From contig CM059432.1 of NCBI GenBank assembly GCA_030390025.1, positions 104,534,001 through 104,598,000 on the forward strand: 64,000 bases of DNA, given 5' to 3'. This stretch comes from Squalus acanthias. Taxonomy: Eukaryota. Shown here piece by piece: positions 61,855 to 64,000 of the stretch (the first letter of the stretch is position 1; each line of letters opens with the position of its first letter). A program made the translations under genes and the position numbers. The notes under the pieces were generated by a model. It saw only the letters and a program-made list of their open reading frames with translations. It ran no database searches and was not told the DNA's origin.

Positions 61855-61962
61855 CTCCCCCGCCCCCCCTCCCCCTCCCCCTCCCCCCTCCCCCTCCCCC
61901 TCCCCCCCTCCCCCTCCCCCTCCCCCTCCCCCTCCCCCTCCCCCTCCCCCTCCCCCTCCCCC
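61855..61962. repeat. (CCCTCC)n microsatellite
   Basis: Direct inspection. Confidence 0.95.
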
Positions 61963-63084
61963 ACTAAGCCTTCACCCAAAGTGGGTCTACTCCCACTGAC
62001 ATGCCCTGATACACGTCTGCTTTATATCACTAAGCTACTGTGCAAACCAATTAGCTAACTGGTCATTAATTCCATAAGCATTAATCTTCCCCATAAGCCT
62101 CATATGTGGAAGCTTATTGAACATCTTCTGAAAAATCCAAGAAGGCTTTTCTTACCAACCAACTTAGTTACCTGCTCAAAGAATTTCAGTAAATTTGTGA
62201 CGTACATGACCTGTTCCTTAAAGGCCACAGGTTGTCTGAATGGTGTGTTGGAGGTACCAGAGCTCTGAATTTCGACACGCCTTCAGGCACACTCTCACTG
62301 TGAATCCAACAGGAAGGCCCGGGAATTAGGCCTATCTGGCAGTTCCCGCGGGGCGTTTTGGGGTGGAGCCTCTGGTGAAAGGAGGTGTACCACCCATTGC
62401 AGGAGTGCAAGTGGGGCCCATCTGGGGTTCCAGGCCTGGGCCACGATCTGATCCCCCTAGGAAAGTTTTCTGACCGGTGTTTTTTTCTTGGTCCTCTCAT
62501 TTTAGGGATCGCGCGCAAGATTCGTCCCTTGCAGAGGAGGCATCAGCCAAATTAATTTAATAGGGGAAACTCCCAGGTGCTGATAAGTCCAGCAGGAACA
62601 GTAGCTGAGGTTCCCCGCAGGTTGATCACAACACTCATGCTGGGATCAAAGGCCCACGGACATTTGGCCCTCAGCTGTTTAAAGGATGATTCACTCTTCT
62701 TAGAACATATTAGAGGCTTCGCTGTGGGCACTTTCATTTTAAACAACACTATTTAATGTTCAAAAGAAAACACCTGGCTTATCTCAATGGTAACCTTCAA
62801 CCAAACTTAGTGTGAGAATTTTACCAGATTTAGCTGGAACAATAATTTAACAGTTTACGTACTGCTACCTCTGAAGTTTAGTAATAAGGAATCATGAATA
62901 TAATAAATGTGAACACTTAACATATGTCCTCCTAATGCAGTGGAGGTCAAAAATCAACGAGCCACGATCCTGGCAGTTATTCTGGGATTGCACTTCCAGT
63001 GCACCCCTGTGCTGACCCTGTCCGAGTTTGCAGGGCCATTGGAAGGGTACAGGTGCATCTCGGGCACCCGTCTTCCCCATGTTG

Positions 63085-64000
63085 CCTGATAATCTGCATC
63101 CCTGAATACTAAAAGAGGTAGCCATGGAAATAGTGGATACATTGGTTGTCATCTTCCAAAATTCTATAGATTATGGAACAGTTCCTGCAGATTGGAGGGT
63201 GGCAAATGTAACCCCACTATTTAAAAAAGGAGGGAGAGAGTAGTGGGGAAAATGCTAGAGTCTATTCTAAAGGATGTGATAACAGGACACTTAGAAAATA
63301 TCAACGGGATTAGACAAAGTCAACATGGATTTATGAAAGGGAAATCATGTTTGACAAACCTACTGGAGTTTTTTGAGGATGTAACTGGTAGAATAGATAA
63401 GGGAGAACTAGTGAATGTGGTGTATTTGGATTTTGATAAAGTCCCATATAAGAGGTGTGCAAAATTGAAGCACTTGGGATTGGGGGTAATATACTGGCAT
63501 GGATTGAAAATTGGTTAACAAAGAGTAGGAATAAATGGGTCTTTTTCGGGGTGGCAGGTGGTGACTAGTGGGGTACCGCAGGGATCAGTGCTCGGGCCCC
63601 AGCTATTCATAATGATTTGGATGAGGGAACCAAATGTAATATTTCCAAATTTGCTGACGACACGAAACTAGGTGGGATTGTGAGTTGTGAGGAATATGCA
63701 AAGAGGCTTCAAGGCGATTTAGACAAGTTGAGTGAGTGGGCAAATACATGGCAGATGCAGTATAACGTGGATAAATGTGAAGTTATCCACTTCGGTAGGA
63801 AAAACAGAAAGGCAGAGTATTATTTAAATGGTGATAGATTGGGAAATGTTGATGTACAAAGGGACCTGGATGTCCTTGTACACCAGTCACTGAAAGCAAA
63901 CATGCAGGTGCGGCAAGCAGTTAGGAAGGCAAATGGTATGTTGGCCTTCATTGCAAGAGGATTTGATTACAGGAGCAAGGATGTCTTACTACAGTTATAC
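63085..64000 (+). mobile_element. CR1 LINE RT region, runs off the window
   Basis: QHGFMKGKSCLTNLLEFF, ggggtaccgcagggatcagtg, tttgctgacgacacgaaa. Confidence 0.92.

Noticed and set aside
61855..61962. PS/GE-repeat ORFs and G4 potential
   Set aside because: Ordinary (CCCTCC)n microsatellite.

Overview
Repeat-dense vertebrate DNA, most likely from a cartilaginous fish (HE1/V-SINE, Deu-domain SINE, HER1/CR1-type LINEs). Host gene: the first two coding exons of a ZnT8-like zinc transporter (SLC30A8; + strand, 36369-36487 and 59487-59683, phase-compatible), separated by a ~23 kb intron that is mostly transposons. A candidate gene I cannot identify lies head-to-head with it on the - strand, with three frame-compatible exons (32017-31812, 29287-29080, 25108-24927). 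The rest is mobile DNA: four gene-bearing PIF/Harbinger elements (Myb/SANT gene convergent with a HARBI1-type transposase) plus MITEs; a near-intact hAT with one nonsense codon; many CR1 fragments; Tx1 3' ends; two Penelope families with minimal hammerhead ribozymes, one copy being a 94-bp palindrome with a hammerhead in each arm; solo LTRs; a decayed env-like relic with PPT and LTR; and two 24-bp minisatellites. A multi-level nested insertion spans 41.2-53.6 kb. All family and gene assignments come from reading motifs by eye; no database search was run.
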